DNA of 60,885 bases from a virus (Duplodnaviria; Caudoviricetes), in the IMG/VR virus record IMGVR_UViG_3300030419_000057, positions 1-60,885 of that record. The stretch is one strand, 5' to 3'. Made by a program: the position numbers and the translations under genes. Shown piece after piece: positions 10,853-19,834 of this stretch. The notes below the pieces were generated by a model. It did no database searches. It was not told where the DNA came from and worked only from the letters and a program-made list of their open reading frames with translations. Position 1 is the first letter of the stretch. Each line of letters begins with the position of its first letter.

Positions 10853-11229
10853 GTACAGCAACTAAGCGTGACCCTAAGAAGTGGGCTGCTGCTAAAGCTA
10901 GAGCAAAGGCTAAGATGGGAGGGAAGCATAGTGCAAGAGCTATGCAATTAGCTGTTAAATATTATAAAGATTCTGGAGGAACATACTCAGGTGGGAAAAA
11001 GAAAAGTAATAAACTATCTAAGTGGAGTAAACAAAAGTGGAGAACTAAGTCTGGTAAACCATCTAGTAAGACTGGTGAAAGATATCTTCCAGAAAAAGCT
11101 ATCAAATCTTTATCTTCTAAAGAGTATGCTGCTACTACGGCAGCTAAACGTAAGGGAACAGCAAAAGGTAAACAGTTTGTTAGACAACCTAAGAGTATAG
11201 CTAAAAAAACTAAGAGGTTTAGAACATGA
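10849..11229 (+). CDS. Small highly basic protein (start MSTATKR)
   Basis: Lys-rich, with HSARAMQL and KWSKQKWRTKSG...ERYLPEKA motifs recalled from marine phage proteins. Confidence 0.65.
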   Translation: MSTATKRDPKKWAAAKARAKAKMGGKHSARAMQLAVKYYKDSGGTYSGGKKKSNKLSKWSKQKWRTKSGKPSSKTGERYLPEKAIKSLSSKEYAATTAAKRKGTAKGKQFVRQPKSIAKKTKRFRT

Positions 11230-11513
11230 CAAAACGTAAAGGAACTATGAAGGGTCACACTATAGGAGGAGGGCATAAGCGTCCTACTAAGAAGGGAGCA
11301 GGAATGACTGCTAAAGGAGTGGCTAAATATAGAAGGGATAATCCTGGGAGTAAACTAAAGACTGCTGTAACTGAAAAGAAACCTACTGGTAAACGTGCAT
11401 CTAGACGTAAGAGTTACTGTGCTAGAAGTGCAGGGCAAATGAAAAAGTTTCCTAAAGCTGCACGTAATCCTAATTCAAGACTAAGACAAGCTAGAAAAAG
11501 ATGGAGATGTTAA
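11226..11513 (+). CDS. Small highly basic protein (DUF6321-like)
   Basis: GMTAKGVAKYRRDNPGSKLKTAV, RRKSYCARS, NSRLRQARKRWRC. Confidence 0.6.
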   Translation: MTKRKGTMKGHTIGGGHKRPTKKGAGMTAKGVAKYRRDNPGSKLKTAVTEKKPTGKRASRRKSYCARSAGQMKKFPKAARNPNSRLRQARKRWRC

Positions 11514-11920
11514 GTATCCCACTTACAGGTTTTCATTAGCTTTTGCATTTCTTTTTTACCTATAATTTTCATGGCTGATTGAATATCACTTATTATCTTA
11601 TCTACATTAAGAATGTCATCATCACTAGTCTTATTACCCCGTACCCTTGAAAGTATTTCTAAGGCTTTGATGGCACTGTTAGTATGTCCATGTCCTTTAG
11701 CATAGCTGTACTGGTTTTCTAATTCAAAGATAACATCTACATCTGTAGTCATCTCTTGTTCAGCATCGTAAATACGTTGTTGTATTTCCTCATCTTGTAA
11801 AAGTCTATACCCTTGGTTATAAGCAGATTTAGAACTATAACCAGCAGACTTAGCAGCTTCAGTAGCATTACGAGTTAGCACATAATGTTGAACAAATGCT
11901 TCTTGTTTTTCATTTAGCAT
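11510..11920 (-). CDS. terS: Terminase small subunit
   Basis: LNEKQEAFVQHY...NATEAAKSAGYSSKSAYNQGYRLL HTH signature of the Terminase_2 family. Confidence 0.8.
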   Translation of the reverse strand: MLNEKQEAFVQHYVLTRNATEAAKSAGYSSKSAYNQGYRLLQDEEIQQRIYDAEQEMTTDVDVIFELENQYSYAKGHGHTNSAIKALEILSRVRGNKTSDDDILNVDKIISDIQSAMKIIGKKEMQKLMKTCKWDT

Positions 11921-12299
11921 TTTGAGTTAAGTCCATACCTGTTGGATCATAAGGACCAGATGTAAAGACTACACCTTTAGGAAAGAAACTTTCTCCACAA
12001 CCACACATGGATTGGACATTAGGATTTTCTACCATGAGCTTCTGTCCAAACAAGTCTTTCTTATAGTCTACTTCCATACCAGCTAGGTACATAACTGACG
12101 TACCATCTATTACAAGTTTACCTACATCCAAGTCTAATTCAAAGTCTGTTACTTTAGTATCTAATTCTTTAAGGGGTTGCCAGTCATAATTAAAACCAGA
12201 GCAGCCCCCTCCCTTTACTGCTAAGAGTATACCCTCAAGTTTATTCTCAGCAATAATAGAGGAGAGATGAAGGTCTGCTGCTTCTGTTATAGTTATCAT
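11910..12299 (-). CDS. iscA: A-type Fe-S cluster carrier (IscA/HesB)
   Basis: ITITEAA, VKGGGCSGFNY and NPN...CGCGESF motifs. Confidence 0.92.
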   Translation of the reverse strand: MITITEAADLHLSSIIAENKLEGILLAVKGGGCSGFNYDWQPLKELDTKVTDFELDLDVGKLVIDGTSVMYLAGMEVDYKKDLFGQKLMVENPNVQSMCGCGESFFPKGVVFTSGPYDPTGMDLTQNAK

Positions 12300-12706
12300 C
12301 TACTCTTTCTCATGTTCTCTCTGGCTACACCCTTGAACTTTTCTGCTGACCTAGCAGCACCTAGTCCTAGTAATGATAGAGTAAGGGTCATTAACCCTTC
12401 AGTAGGTATAACAGGAATAACTATGTCTGCACCTGATACAGCTATAGCCCATACGAATACAGGTTGGAATACAAACTGCCATCCTAATCCAAATGCACAT
12501 ATCCACATGATAGCTGGCCTACTTCCACTAACAAAGATAGAAGGATGCTTTGCCTGTTCTATATTAGCCTGTGCTTGAGCAAGGTCAAGGCTAACCATCT
12601 GTTGTTTAAGTTCTGCATTAAGTTTAGTCTTTAAGTCTTTATCTTCTACAAACTTATCTAAAACTTTTCCTGCTACCCCTACAATACTATCTGCTAATCC
12701 TAACAT
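12296..12706 (-). CDS. Holin (GTA 3TM holin-like)
   Basis: LDKFVEDKD, ANIEQAKH.SIFVSGSRPAIMW, LLGLGAARSAEKFKG. Confidence 0.75.
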   Translation of the reverse strand: MLGLADSIVGVAGKVLDKFVEDKDLKTKLNAELKQQMVSLDLAQAQANIEQAKHPSIFVSGSRPAIMWICAFGLGWQFVFQPVFVWAIAVSGADIVIPVIPTEGLMTLTLSLLGLGAARSAEKFKGVARENMRKSR

Positions 12707-14982
12707 GGTAGAAACTCCTTATAATGTTTAGTCTTACTCATACGTGAATTATTCCACAAAGTTTTTACAAGTGTGTTCTCTCCATGAACAGTGATCTCCA
12801 TATCTACATCATCACGTTCAAAGAGTTTTTCACAGTCCTGTGCCATAGCAAGTAACTCACCTGTAGTCCAGAACTTATGATCATCTACGGTCACATTCAT
12901 ATACTTAGGTCTGCCATCTCTCTCTTTCTTTTTCTTCTCTTTGTCTGATGGCTCTGGTATAATACAGTCATAACCAAACAAGTCAAAGGTTCTAAATCCT
13001 AGTATATGCATCATCCCTATAGCTCTCATAGCTGCACACGTTCCTCCTGTAATGAAGGTAGTATCAGGTGGTATATCAAACTCTTCAGAAACTTGTATTG
13101 TATTATCTCTTACAGGTCTATTCTTATCTGTAGATGCACGTAAAGTTTCTGAAAAGGCGTGCCATCCCCACAGATTAGCTCCCTGTTTTTTGAGCAGCCT
13201 TGTTACTGAGGGGTTAGTCATAGATGCTAAAAAGAATATAGTATTCTTATCTACCTTATTAAACAAACTCTTACGAATAATTCCATGCGTAGACTTACCG
13301 CTTAGTGGTCTTGGGTCTAGTATAACACATCCCCACGGTTGTATGCCATGTTTTAAAAGATGGGGGTATGAATGTTTAACACAGACTACACGAGTATTAT
13401 CTTTACGGCTTAGTTCTTTTACATGGCTCCAGTCTGTACTGGCTCCTCCTGATACGATAATTACTCTATCCGAATGTGCTCTACCCTTTTCTAACCAATT
13501 GTCCATAAGTTTAATATTCTTTTTAATATTACTTACAAGGTTCTGATCAGGTACACAGTCTTTAGGAGTGACATGAATAGGAACTTGCATAACCTTATTA
13601 GTTAAGTCTGGAATATCAGGATCATTAAGTATTACTGCGAGGTGAGTAAACCCTCCCTCACGTACCCCATCACTGGATGGTAGTACATACTTACGATTGG
13701 TTGTCTGTTCAATAATTCTATTTACTTCTTGGAACTCTGGTTCTACACAGTTACCATCCTTATCAGCCGTAAAGAAATCATCAAAGACCAATACAGGAAT
13801 ATGTTTAAGTTTACCATAATCATTCTGAACTGTAGCTGTACTATGTCCACCGTCAATGTAAGCTAGGTCTGCATTTATATCATTCTCTAATGTTTGGTTA
13901 GTATCTCCTTTTATTAATTCAAAAGTAAAAGTTTTATTCCTTTCTTTCATCTTAGCTTTGAACTCATTAAGATGTTTAGTAATATCTTTTACTGATACAA
14001 TCTTTTTAGCGTTAAGTTCTTTAGCACTAAGTTCTTCATTACCATCTTCAAATAGATCATGTCCTATATAATGAAAGTCATCTCTATTTTCAAAGGAAGC
14101 AAGAGCCATTTCAATAGCACGTTGTCCTATCCATGTACCTGTTTCTACTACCCTAGCTGGCTGGTACTGACGTATAATGTCTGCTAATTGTTTATACCGT
14201 TGTGCTGGAGGAATAGGTTTACCTTGTACTTTTTCTTTACGATCTCCTTTAAGATGTTCCATAAATTCACTTAGAGGAAAGGACTCAAAGGCTTGCTTAC
14301 CTTTTACAAGGTCTGTTATATCTAAGTGACCAGTGAAGTCTTGTACTCTCATACCATGAGCACGATAGATAGTTAGTAGTCTTTCAAAGACAAACCCATC
14401 ATGCCACTCACGATAGTTGACTACCTCACCAGAGTTGTAGGCTCCACGTAAATCACCTAGTAAATCTAAGGCTCCACGATATTTAAGATTAAATGCCATG
14501 AAGGATGTTTCACTGTAGTCAAAATGTTTTCTTCCTAAGAAAGCTAACTCTGCTTTAGGATTAAGAAATTTATCTAAGTCTTTGGAAGTAAAGTCTTTCT
14601 TAGTAAACGTATCTGCATCTAACCAGATACACCAGCCTGGATCACGGCTGTCATCAGCTAATTCAAATGCAAATTCTGTTAAAGCAAAAACTTTATGACA
14701 AAACTTTATAGCATCTAGTCTAAAGTTATACTGTAATTGTCCACCTTCTGTACCATTATGTTTTTTAAATGTTTCTCTAAAGGCAGTCATCTCTGTAAGA
14801 AGATTAAGATTACGATATTCTATATGAGGAGGACGAGGAACATCATGCTTATCTATATCAAAGTCATGGTAGTATACAGTCAACTTGAGTGGCTCTTTCC
14901 AGTGTCGTGCAGCAGTCTCAAGCATCTTCATACCATAAAGTTTTAGACCCTCTTCATTCATAGAGGTTATAAAGTTATACAT
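12700..14982 (-). CDS. Three-domain protein: GT-A glycosyltransferase-like, class I SAM methyltransferase, MptE/DUF115(Maf)-like
   Basis: KFCHKVFA..WLDAD (DxD); VVETGT, YIDGGHS, VFDD; IVSGGAS, ILDPR, LGFRTFDLFGYD. Confidence 0.65.
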   Translation of the reverse strand: MYNFITSMNEEGLKLYGMKMLETAARHWKEPLKLTVYYHDFDIDKHDVPRPPHIEYRNLNLLTEMTAFRETFKKHNGTEGGQLQYNFRLDAIKFCHKVFALTEFAFELADDSRDPGWCIWLDADTFTKKDFTSKDLDKFLNPKAELAFLGRKHFDYSETSFMAFNLKYRGALDLLGDLRGAYNSGEVVNYREWHDGFVFERLLTIYRAHGMRVQDFTGHLDITDLVKGKQAFESFPLSEFMEHLKGDRKEKVQGKPIPPAQRYKQLADIIRQYQPARVVETGTWIGQRAIEMALASFENRDDFHYIGHDLFEDGNEELSAKELNAKKIVSVKDITKHLNEFKAKMKERNKTFTFELIKGDTNQTLENDINADLAYIDGGHSTATVQNDYGKLKHIPVLVFDDFFTADKDGNCVEPEFQEVNRIIEQTTNRKYVLPSSDGVREGGFTHLAVILNDPDIPDLTNKVMQVPIHVTPKDCVPDQNLVSNIKKNIKLMDNWLEKGRAHSDRVIIVSGGASTDWSHVKELSRKDNTRVVCVKHSYPHLLKHGIQPWGCVILDPRPLSGKSTHGIIRKSLFNKVDKNTIFFLASMTNPSVTRLLKKQGANLWGWHAFSETLRASTDKNRPVRDNTIQVSEEFDIPPDTTFITGGTCAAMRAIGMMHILGFRTFDLFGYDCIIPEPSDKEKKKKERDGRPKYMNVTVDDHKFWTTGELLAMAQDCEKLFERDDVDMEITVHGENTLVKTLWNNSRMSKTKHYKEFLPC

Positions 14983-15769
14983 TAGATAGTCCTTCTTCCA
15001 TTGTAATCTTATCTTTCATATCATTCCACTCTGTAGCGTACTTAGTATCTACCTCACGAGAGGCTGACCAAGTATCAAACCAAGGTCCACCTGTAGTAAA
15101 GTGTACATTTTTAGGTTCTATAGTTTCAGAGGAGTGATGGTCTAACCAATTCCATTCCTCTTCAATTTTTCCAATAGGATATTGTGTCATTCTTCCATGC
15201 GCCCAACCATCTAACCACTTAAAGTTATGTAGCCAGCGACCAGACTTGGTATTAACATCATCTACAGTCAAGTTAAGATTAGCTTTATGTCCACAATTCC
15301 AAAGCATAAAACTTGACCAGTTTTTCATGGAGTAAGTCTCTTGTATTTGGTTATCCATTTTAGTTTCATTGTTAGGTTGATACTTATGCCACACACAAGA
15401 GACTGCATGAACATCATCAGAGTATCTATGAAATACTTCCATGATGTCTGACCTTACCATCATATCACAATCCATAAAGATTGCGTAACCATCGTACTGA
15501 TTAAGGTGAGGAATTAAGAACCTAGTAAAGCTGAAGTCAGTAGAAAAAGGTTTACCATCAGAGAGATCAATCTTTTGTTTTTTATTATCAGGACTGATAG
15601 ACCATGCTCTACGATATAATCCAGCAGCCCTTAATGCATCTTGATCTAGTTTTATAATGTTTAAGTCTTTAACTGAGGATGTTAATTGAATAGACTTAAC
15701 TAGAGTTTCAAAAGCTAGATGTTCTCTAGCATCATAGCCAATATAAATTGTTGGTTGTCTCTGATACAT
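14975..15769 (-). CDS. Glycosyltransferase (GT-A, GT8-like)
   Basis: IYIGYDARE, STDFSFTRF, FMDCD, KNWSS, EEWNWL, VHFTTGGPW. Confidence 0.8.
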   Translation of the reverse strand: MYQRQPTIYIGYDAREHLAFETLVKSIQLTSSVKDLNIIKLDQDALRAAGLYRRAWSISPDNKKQKIDLSDGKPFSTDFSFTRFLIPHLNQYDGYAIFMDCDMMVRSDIMEVFHRYSDDVHAVSCVWHKYQPNNETKMDNQIQETYSMKNWSSFMLWNCGHKANLNLTVDDVNTKSGRWLHNFKWLDGWAHGRMTQYPIGKIEEEWNWLDHHSSETIEPKNVHFTTGGPWFDTWSASREVDTKYATEWNDMKDKITMEEGLSNV

Positions 15770-15787
15770 AAACCTTTTCTATGCCTC

Positions 15788-16033
15788 CTATTCTTTATGT
15801 TCAAGTTGTGGTAGTGAATCTTCAACAGACTTACGATAAGTCTGGAGTTCTTCTATTCTATCATCAATAGATTTAAGAGTTTGTTTTTGTTTTTTCTGTT
15901 CCAACTCTTTCATTCTTTCTTCTGATACTACATAAACAGTAGGCTGTATATACCTACCTGAAAGTCCACGCCTCATACCAAATACATCATCAAACATAGC
16001 GTGAATAAAATCACCATAAAAATTACTATACAT
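15788..16033 (-). CDS. Hypothetical protein with C-terminal coiled coil
   Basis: SD AAGGAG; first gene after the promoter at 16106-16134. Confidence 0.65.
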   Translation of the reverse strand: MYSNFYGDFIHAMFDDVFGMRRGLSGRYIQPTVYVVSEERMKELEQKKQKQTLKSIDDRIEELQTYRKSVEDSLPQLEHKE

Positions 16034-16039
16034 ATCTAT

Positions 16040-16093
16040 CTCCTTTTTGTTTAAGCAAGAAGGGAAACTATCCTACCATAGCAATAATTCCCC
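16040..16093 (-). promoter_or_regulatory. ROSE-like RNA thermometer candidate in the 5' UTR
   Basis: CUUCUUGCUU-AAAC-AAAAAGGAG pairs a UUGCU segment against the SD; preceded by a GGGGAAUUAU/AUAGUUUCCC hairpin. Confidence 0.45.
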
Positions 16094-16105
16094 ATGATAC
16101 TATAT

Positions 16106-16134
16106 ATTGTATCAAATTATCTTACTCTTGTCAA
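16106..16134 (-). promoter_or_regulatory. Sigma70-type promoter
   Basis: TTGACA-17 nt-TACAAT. Confidence 0.85.
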
Positions 16135-16140
16135 GCATTT

Positions 16141-16218
16141 TTATAGTAGTTTAATCATATGAAAAACTAGAGGAGCAACTTGTATCACAACACCAGCTAT
16201 AAATAATCCTGTCAACAT
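16141..16218 (-). CDS. 25-aa hydrophobic peptide (not in ORF track)
   Basis: AAGGAGG SD; MLTGLFIAGVVIQVAPLVFHMIKLL*. Confidence 0.45.
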   Translation of the reverse strand: MLTGLFIAGVVIQVAPLVFHMIKLL

Positions 16219-16434
16219 TTAAACCTCCTTATATTTTTTATATGCACTATGTAAGATATAAAACCATATGCCATTTACAGTAGGTTCTACTAAAGCTACT
16301 GCTCCAGCTTCCCATAAACTAGCACCAGTTAGAATACTAACAACCATCATAGCTATACAAATATGACCTGTTGTATAAATTATAGTTAATCCTAAACTAC
16401 TTCCTCCTAATATTTTAGTAATAAGTTTTTTCAT
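16219..16434 (-). CDS. Small membrane protein (DUF2061-like)
   Basis: YTTGHICIAM...TGASLWEAGAVALVEPTVNGIWFYILH. Confidence 0.65.
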   Translation of the reverse strand: MKKLITKILGGSSLGLTIIYTTGHICIAMMVVSILTGASLWEAGAVALVEPTVNGIWFYILHSAYKKYKEV

Positions 16435-16441
16435 GGTAGCT

Positions 16442-16900
16442 TTAAAATCTCCCTATAAAACGTGCGATATGATTAACCCACGGCAGTAGCATTAATGCCA
16501 TTAATAGATTAGCTCCTGTATGAGCCATAGCTATTCTTAGTGTATCTCCTTTAGGGAACCCATCAGATACAAGTAATCCTGCCAACCAGATAGTACCTGT
16601 AGTCCCTATATTAGCTCCTAGAACAGCAGCTATAGCACTTGGTAAGGGTAAGAACCCACTAGCTACTAAGGCTATGATAGCTGTAGTACTTAAAGAACTG
16701 GATTGCCATGCTAACGTACACACAATTCCACCTAAGAACATCCAGTATGGATTATGAATAAACCACTCTAGATGTTCCACATTTCCTAGAGACTTCATAC
16801 CTCCAGCAAACATCTTTAAACCAAAGTAAAATACAACCAGACCTATACTTATCTGGACTAAAGGTATATCCCAATATTTAATCACTAATGTCTCCTCCAT
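16442..16900 (-). CDS. Na+/phosphate cotransporter-family protein (single repeat)
   Basis: GLKMFAGGM, QSSS motif and LGANIGTT signature of SLC34/NptA-type symporters. Confidence 0.8.
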   Translation of the reverse strand: MEETLVIKYWDIPLVQISIGLVVFYFGLKMFAGGMKSLGNVEHLEWFIHNPYWMFLGGIVCTLAWQSSSLSTTAIIALVASGFLPLPSAIAAVLGANIGTTGTIWLAGLLVSDGFPKGDTLRIAMAHTGANLLMALMLLPWVNHIARFIGRF

Positions 16901-17067
16901 GAGTTTTTAAATTTTAATTCATCAAGTATCTCTTCCAAGACTTGAGCAGCCGTATTGAACCTACCTCCATCGTGATCCATACTTTCATACTTCTCTTTTA
17001 AAAACTTTATCTCTGTTTCTAATGCTTCTATTCTATCATCAAGGTTATGATACACCATTAACCACAC
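16885..17067 (-). CDS. Hypothetical protein
   Basis: Coupled ORF between nrdJ and the transporter gene. Confidence 0.5.
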   Translation of the reverse strand: MWLMVYHNLDDRIEALETEIKFLKEKYESMDHDGGRFNTAAQVLEEILDELKFKNSWRRH

Positions 17068-18746
17068 TCCTTCTGGCCTGTTGCAGGATCAATGAAGCAA
17101 GCTGCTCCCTCATCTTCCTTAGTAGCTGGCTCACTCTTATTAAGAATACCATACCTCTTACCAGCTAGTCTAAACGTAGTAACTCCTTTTAACTTTCCTT
17201 TCCATCCTTTTATATAAACATCTTTGAACTCTTCAAAGGTTACATTATCACCTACATTAATAGTCTTGGATACAGCACTGTCTATGAATGGTTGTATAGC
17301 AACCTGCATCTTTAGATGATCCTCTACTGTTAGGTCTTCAGTTGTCTCTGCTTTAATACCTAGATTATTATAAACATAATCTTGTAACTTTACAATCTGA
17401 GCACCTCCCTCTTGGATTACAGTACGGTCTACTTCATGCATAAAGACAGGCTCAATACCACTACTAATATTATCAGCCGTGAAACTAATTGTACCAGTAG
17501 GAGCAATACTAGTTAGATGACTGTTGCGTATACCAGACTTAGCTATCCTATCTTGTAGGTCTGGTGGAAGTTTCTTTGCATACCCACTCTTTAAGTATTC
17601 AGGAGTGTAAAGAGGAAATGCTCCCTTCTCTTTAGCTAGGTTACAACTAGCTTCTACGGCTGTATAAGATAAAACTCTGCCTATCTTTCTTGTAAAGCGT
17701 ACAGCCTCATCTGATCCATACCGTAGACCTACCATCGTAAGACAGTTAGCTAGGCCAGTAATACCTAATCCCATCCTCCTTTTATTCTTCGCTTCAGTCT
17801 CTTGATCTGGTAGTGGATAACGAGTACGGTCAATAACATTGTCCATTGCACGTACCACTGAAAAAATATCTTCTTTAAATATATCAAAGTTAAACACCTT
17901 ATTCTCTACATATTTAACTAAGTTAAAACTACCTAGTAAACAAGCACCAAACGGTGGAAGGGGTTGCTCACCACATGGGTTGGTAGCTTCAATAGTTTCA
18001 CAATACCAGAGGGGATTGTCTTGGTTTATTCTATCTATAAATAGAACCCCAGGTTCAGCCCACTCCCAATTAGCTCTCATAATTTCATCCCATAAAGCTA
18101 CAGCATTTATTTCTTTGTATACTGTATCATTAAACTTTAATTGGAATGGAGTATTCTTTATTACAGCTTGCATAAACTCATCAGTAACACCTACTGATAT
18201 ATTAAAGTTAGTAAGTTTATCTTGGTTCTGCTTGGCCCTGATAAATTGTTCTATGTCTGGATGGTCTACACGTAAGACCCCCATCATCGCACCACGCCTA
18301 TGACCAGCAGAAACTATCGTTCTACAAACCGCATCAAATATGTGCATAAAAGATACAGGCCCACTAGCGGAACTATCAAGGCTAACAATCCTGTCACCAT
18401 CAGGACGTATGCGAGAAAAGTCATACCCAATTCCCCCACCTCTCCGCATCGTTTCAGCAGCTTCAGTAGCCCTTGCCATAATGGATTCCATACTATCCTC
18501 AATGACTCCTGATACAAAACAGTTATATGCAGTAACATCTCGTGGACTCCCCATTGCTGATTGAACTCTACCTGCTGGCATAAACCTTTGATTTAAAAAG
18601 ATTTCTTTTATTTCTTGCCTATGATCTTCATCGTCTGACATAGCAGACGCATTACGATTAGCTGCTTCTTCAAAGCTCTCATTTGGTAAACGATATTTAG
18701 TTGCGTGTAATTCTTCACAGGCTTGAACTTGTGGACCGTACCCCAT
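17058..18746 (-). CDS. nrdJ: Ribonucleotide reductase, class II (adenosylcobalamin-dependent)
   Basis: AYNCFV, RRGAMM, TNPCGEQPL, CLLGS, IAPTGTIS and C-terminal cysteines; no beta-subunit gene seen. Confidence 0.88.
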   Translation of the reverse strand: MGYGPQVQACEELHATKYRLPNESFEEAANRNASAMSDDEDHRQEIKEIFLNQRFMPAGRVQSAMGSPRDVTAYNCFVSGVIEDSMESIMARATEAAETMRRGGGIGYDFSRIRPDGDRIVSLDSSASGPVSFMHIFDAVCRTIVSAGHRRGAMMGVLRVDHPDIEQFIRAKQNQDKLTNFNISVGVTDEFMQAVIKNTPFQLKFNDTVYKEINAVALWDEIMRANWEWAEPGVLFIDRINQDNPLWYCETIEATNPCGEQPLPPFGACLLGSFNLVKYVENKVFNFDIFKEDIFSVVRAMDNVIDRTRYPLPDQETEAKNKRRMGLGITGLANCLTMVGLRYGSDEAVRFTRKIGRVLSYTAVEASCNLAKEKGAFPLYTPEYLKSGYAKKLPPDLQDRIAKSGIRNSHLTSIAPTGTISFTADNISSGIEPVFMHEVDRTVIQEGGAQIVKLQDYVYNNLGIKAETTEDLTVEDHLKMQVAIQPFIDSAVSKTINVGDNVTFEEFKDVYIKGWKGKLKGVTTFRLAGKRYGILNKSEPATKEDEGAACFIDPATGQKECG

Positions 18747-19081
18747 TACTTCTTCTCCTTTAACTCTATAAGTTTTCTATTATACCATTCTGCTTTCTTT
18801 AAATCTTCCGCACCATTCTTGTATCTATATCTCCATAGATACTTCATAACATTTCCCTGTAGGTAATACTCAAAGCCTTCATCTAATGCTGCTTCAATAG
18901 CATCAATACATTCTATACCAGCTTGATTATAATGTACAGGATTATTTACGTTATCTTTATTGGAAGGTCTTTTCTTAGGATGAGGTTTATCTTCTGTCGG
19001 ACTTTCCTCTTGTCTTTTGACTGTATTAATTGTTGGGCGAACACTCTGGTATCCTCGTAGTCTATTCCAGCGTGATCGCAT
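18746..19081 (-). CDS. DUF3310 / T7 gp1.7-like nucleotide kinase domain protein (start uncertain)
   Basis: DNVNNPVHY, ECIDAI, GNVMKYLWRY..KNGAEDLKKAEWY. Confidence 0.75.
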   Translation of the reverse strand: MRSRWNRLRGYQSVRPTINTVKRQEESPTEDKPHPKKRPSNKDNVNNPVHYNQAGIECIDAIEAALDEGFEYYLQGNVMKYLWRYRYKNGAEDLKKAEWYNRKLIELKEKK

Positions 19082-19317
19082 ACTGTTATATAATCTTTGC
19101 ACGTTACCCCCACACTGGCAAAGAACCATGCCTTTGCTCTCTCTCTATTTTCAGTTATCATATCAGTTTCAGTTTCAAATTTAGGTTTACTAGCATCAAG
19201 TAAAGCCTGTAAGACAACAGCAATAAACAGGCATTGTTCTGGCCTGTCACGTTGTAGTTTTTTTTCTATAGTATAGAGAAGATTTGTTCTCTTATTTTTT
19301 TTAGTCATAATCTTCAT
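18946..19317 (-). CDS. Hypothetical phage protein
   Basis: LFIAVVLQALLDA...AKAWFF...VCDHAGID; coupled to upstream gene. Confidence 0.6.
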   Translation of the reverse strand: MKIMTKKNKRTNLLYTIEKKLQRDRPEQCLFIAVVLQALLDASKPKFETETDMITENRERAKAWFFASVGVTCKDYITVCDHAGIDYEDTRVFAQQLIQSKDKRKVRQKINLILRKDLPIKIT

Positions 19318-19660
19318 AGAAATAATCTTCTAAGAATTGTTCTGCATCTAATACTACCAAAGGCTTTCTCCTGTTCATTTTAATAAAAAGAATTGGTGGT
19401 AAATCACCATGACTTTGTGCTTGGTCTAACATATTATAAATACCAGTAAACTTTTCTTGGTTCTTACACTCAATAGAGAAGGGGAACAGATGTTCGCAAG
19501 CACTACTGAGTTTAACATCTGCCCCATTCTCTCCCATGATAGCTGTAGTAATCTCTTTATCTAGCTCATGGGTATTATCTTCATCCAAATATTCTATGAG
19601 TTTACTTCTAACCCAGTCTTGTAGCTTACGTCCTTTAGCTTTGGCTGAAGATGTTTTCAT
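19301..19660 (-). CDS. Holliday junction resolvase-like PD-(D/E)XK nuclease
   Basis: SAKAKGRKLQ, GADV, SIECKNQE. Confidence 0.7.
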   Translation of the reverse strand: MKTSSAKAKGRKLQDWVRSKLIEYLDEDNTHELDKEITTAIMGENGADVKLSSACEHLFPFSIECKNQEKFTGIYNMLDQAQSHGDLPPILFIKMNRRKPLVVLDAEQFLEDYFYEDYD

Positions 19661-19672
19661 TTTACGTAACCT

Positions 19673-19834
19673 TTAATCAGGGGAAGGGAGATAGACAAGA
19701 ACAAAGCTATTACATTCAGGACAAGATAAATTAGTAACCATCATATACTCATTACTTGTAGCTGGATAATCATCTTCTTCTATATCGTGATCTCCTCCCC
19801 ATATTAATTTAGTCTGACAGTGCCAGCAATTCAT
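19673..19834 (-). CDS. 53-aa zinc-ribbon protein (not in ORF track)
   Basis: MNCWHCQTKLIWGGDHD...NLSCPECNSFVLVY; two CxxC pairs; ATG overlaps upstream stop. Confidence 0.7.
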   Translation of the reverse strand: MNCWHCQTKLIWGGDHDIEEDDYPATSNEYMMVTNLSCPECNSFVLVYLPSPD

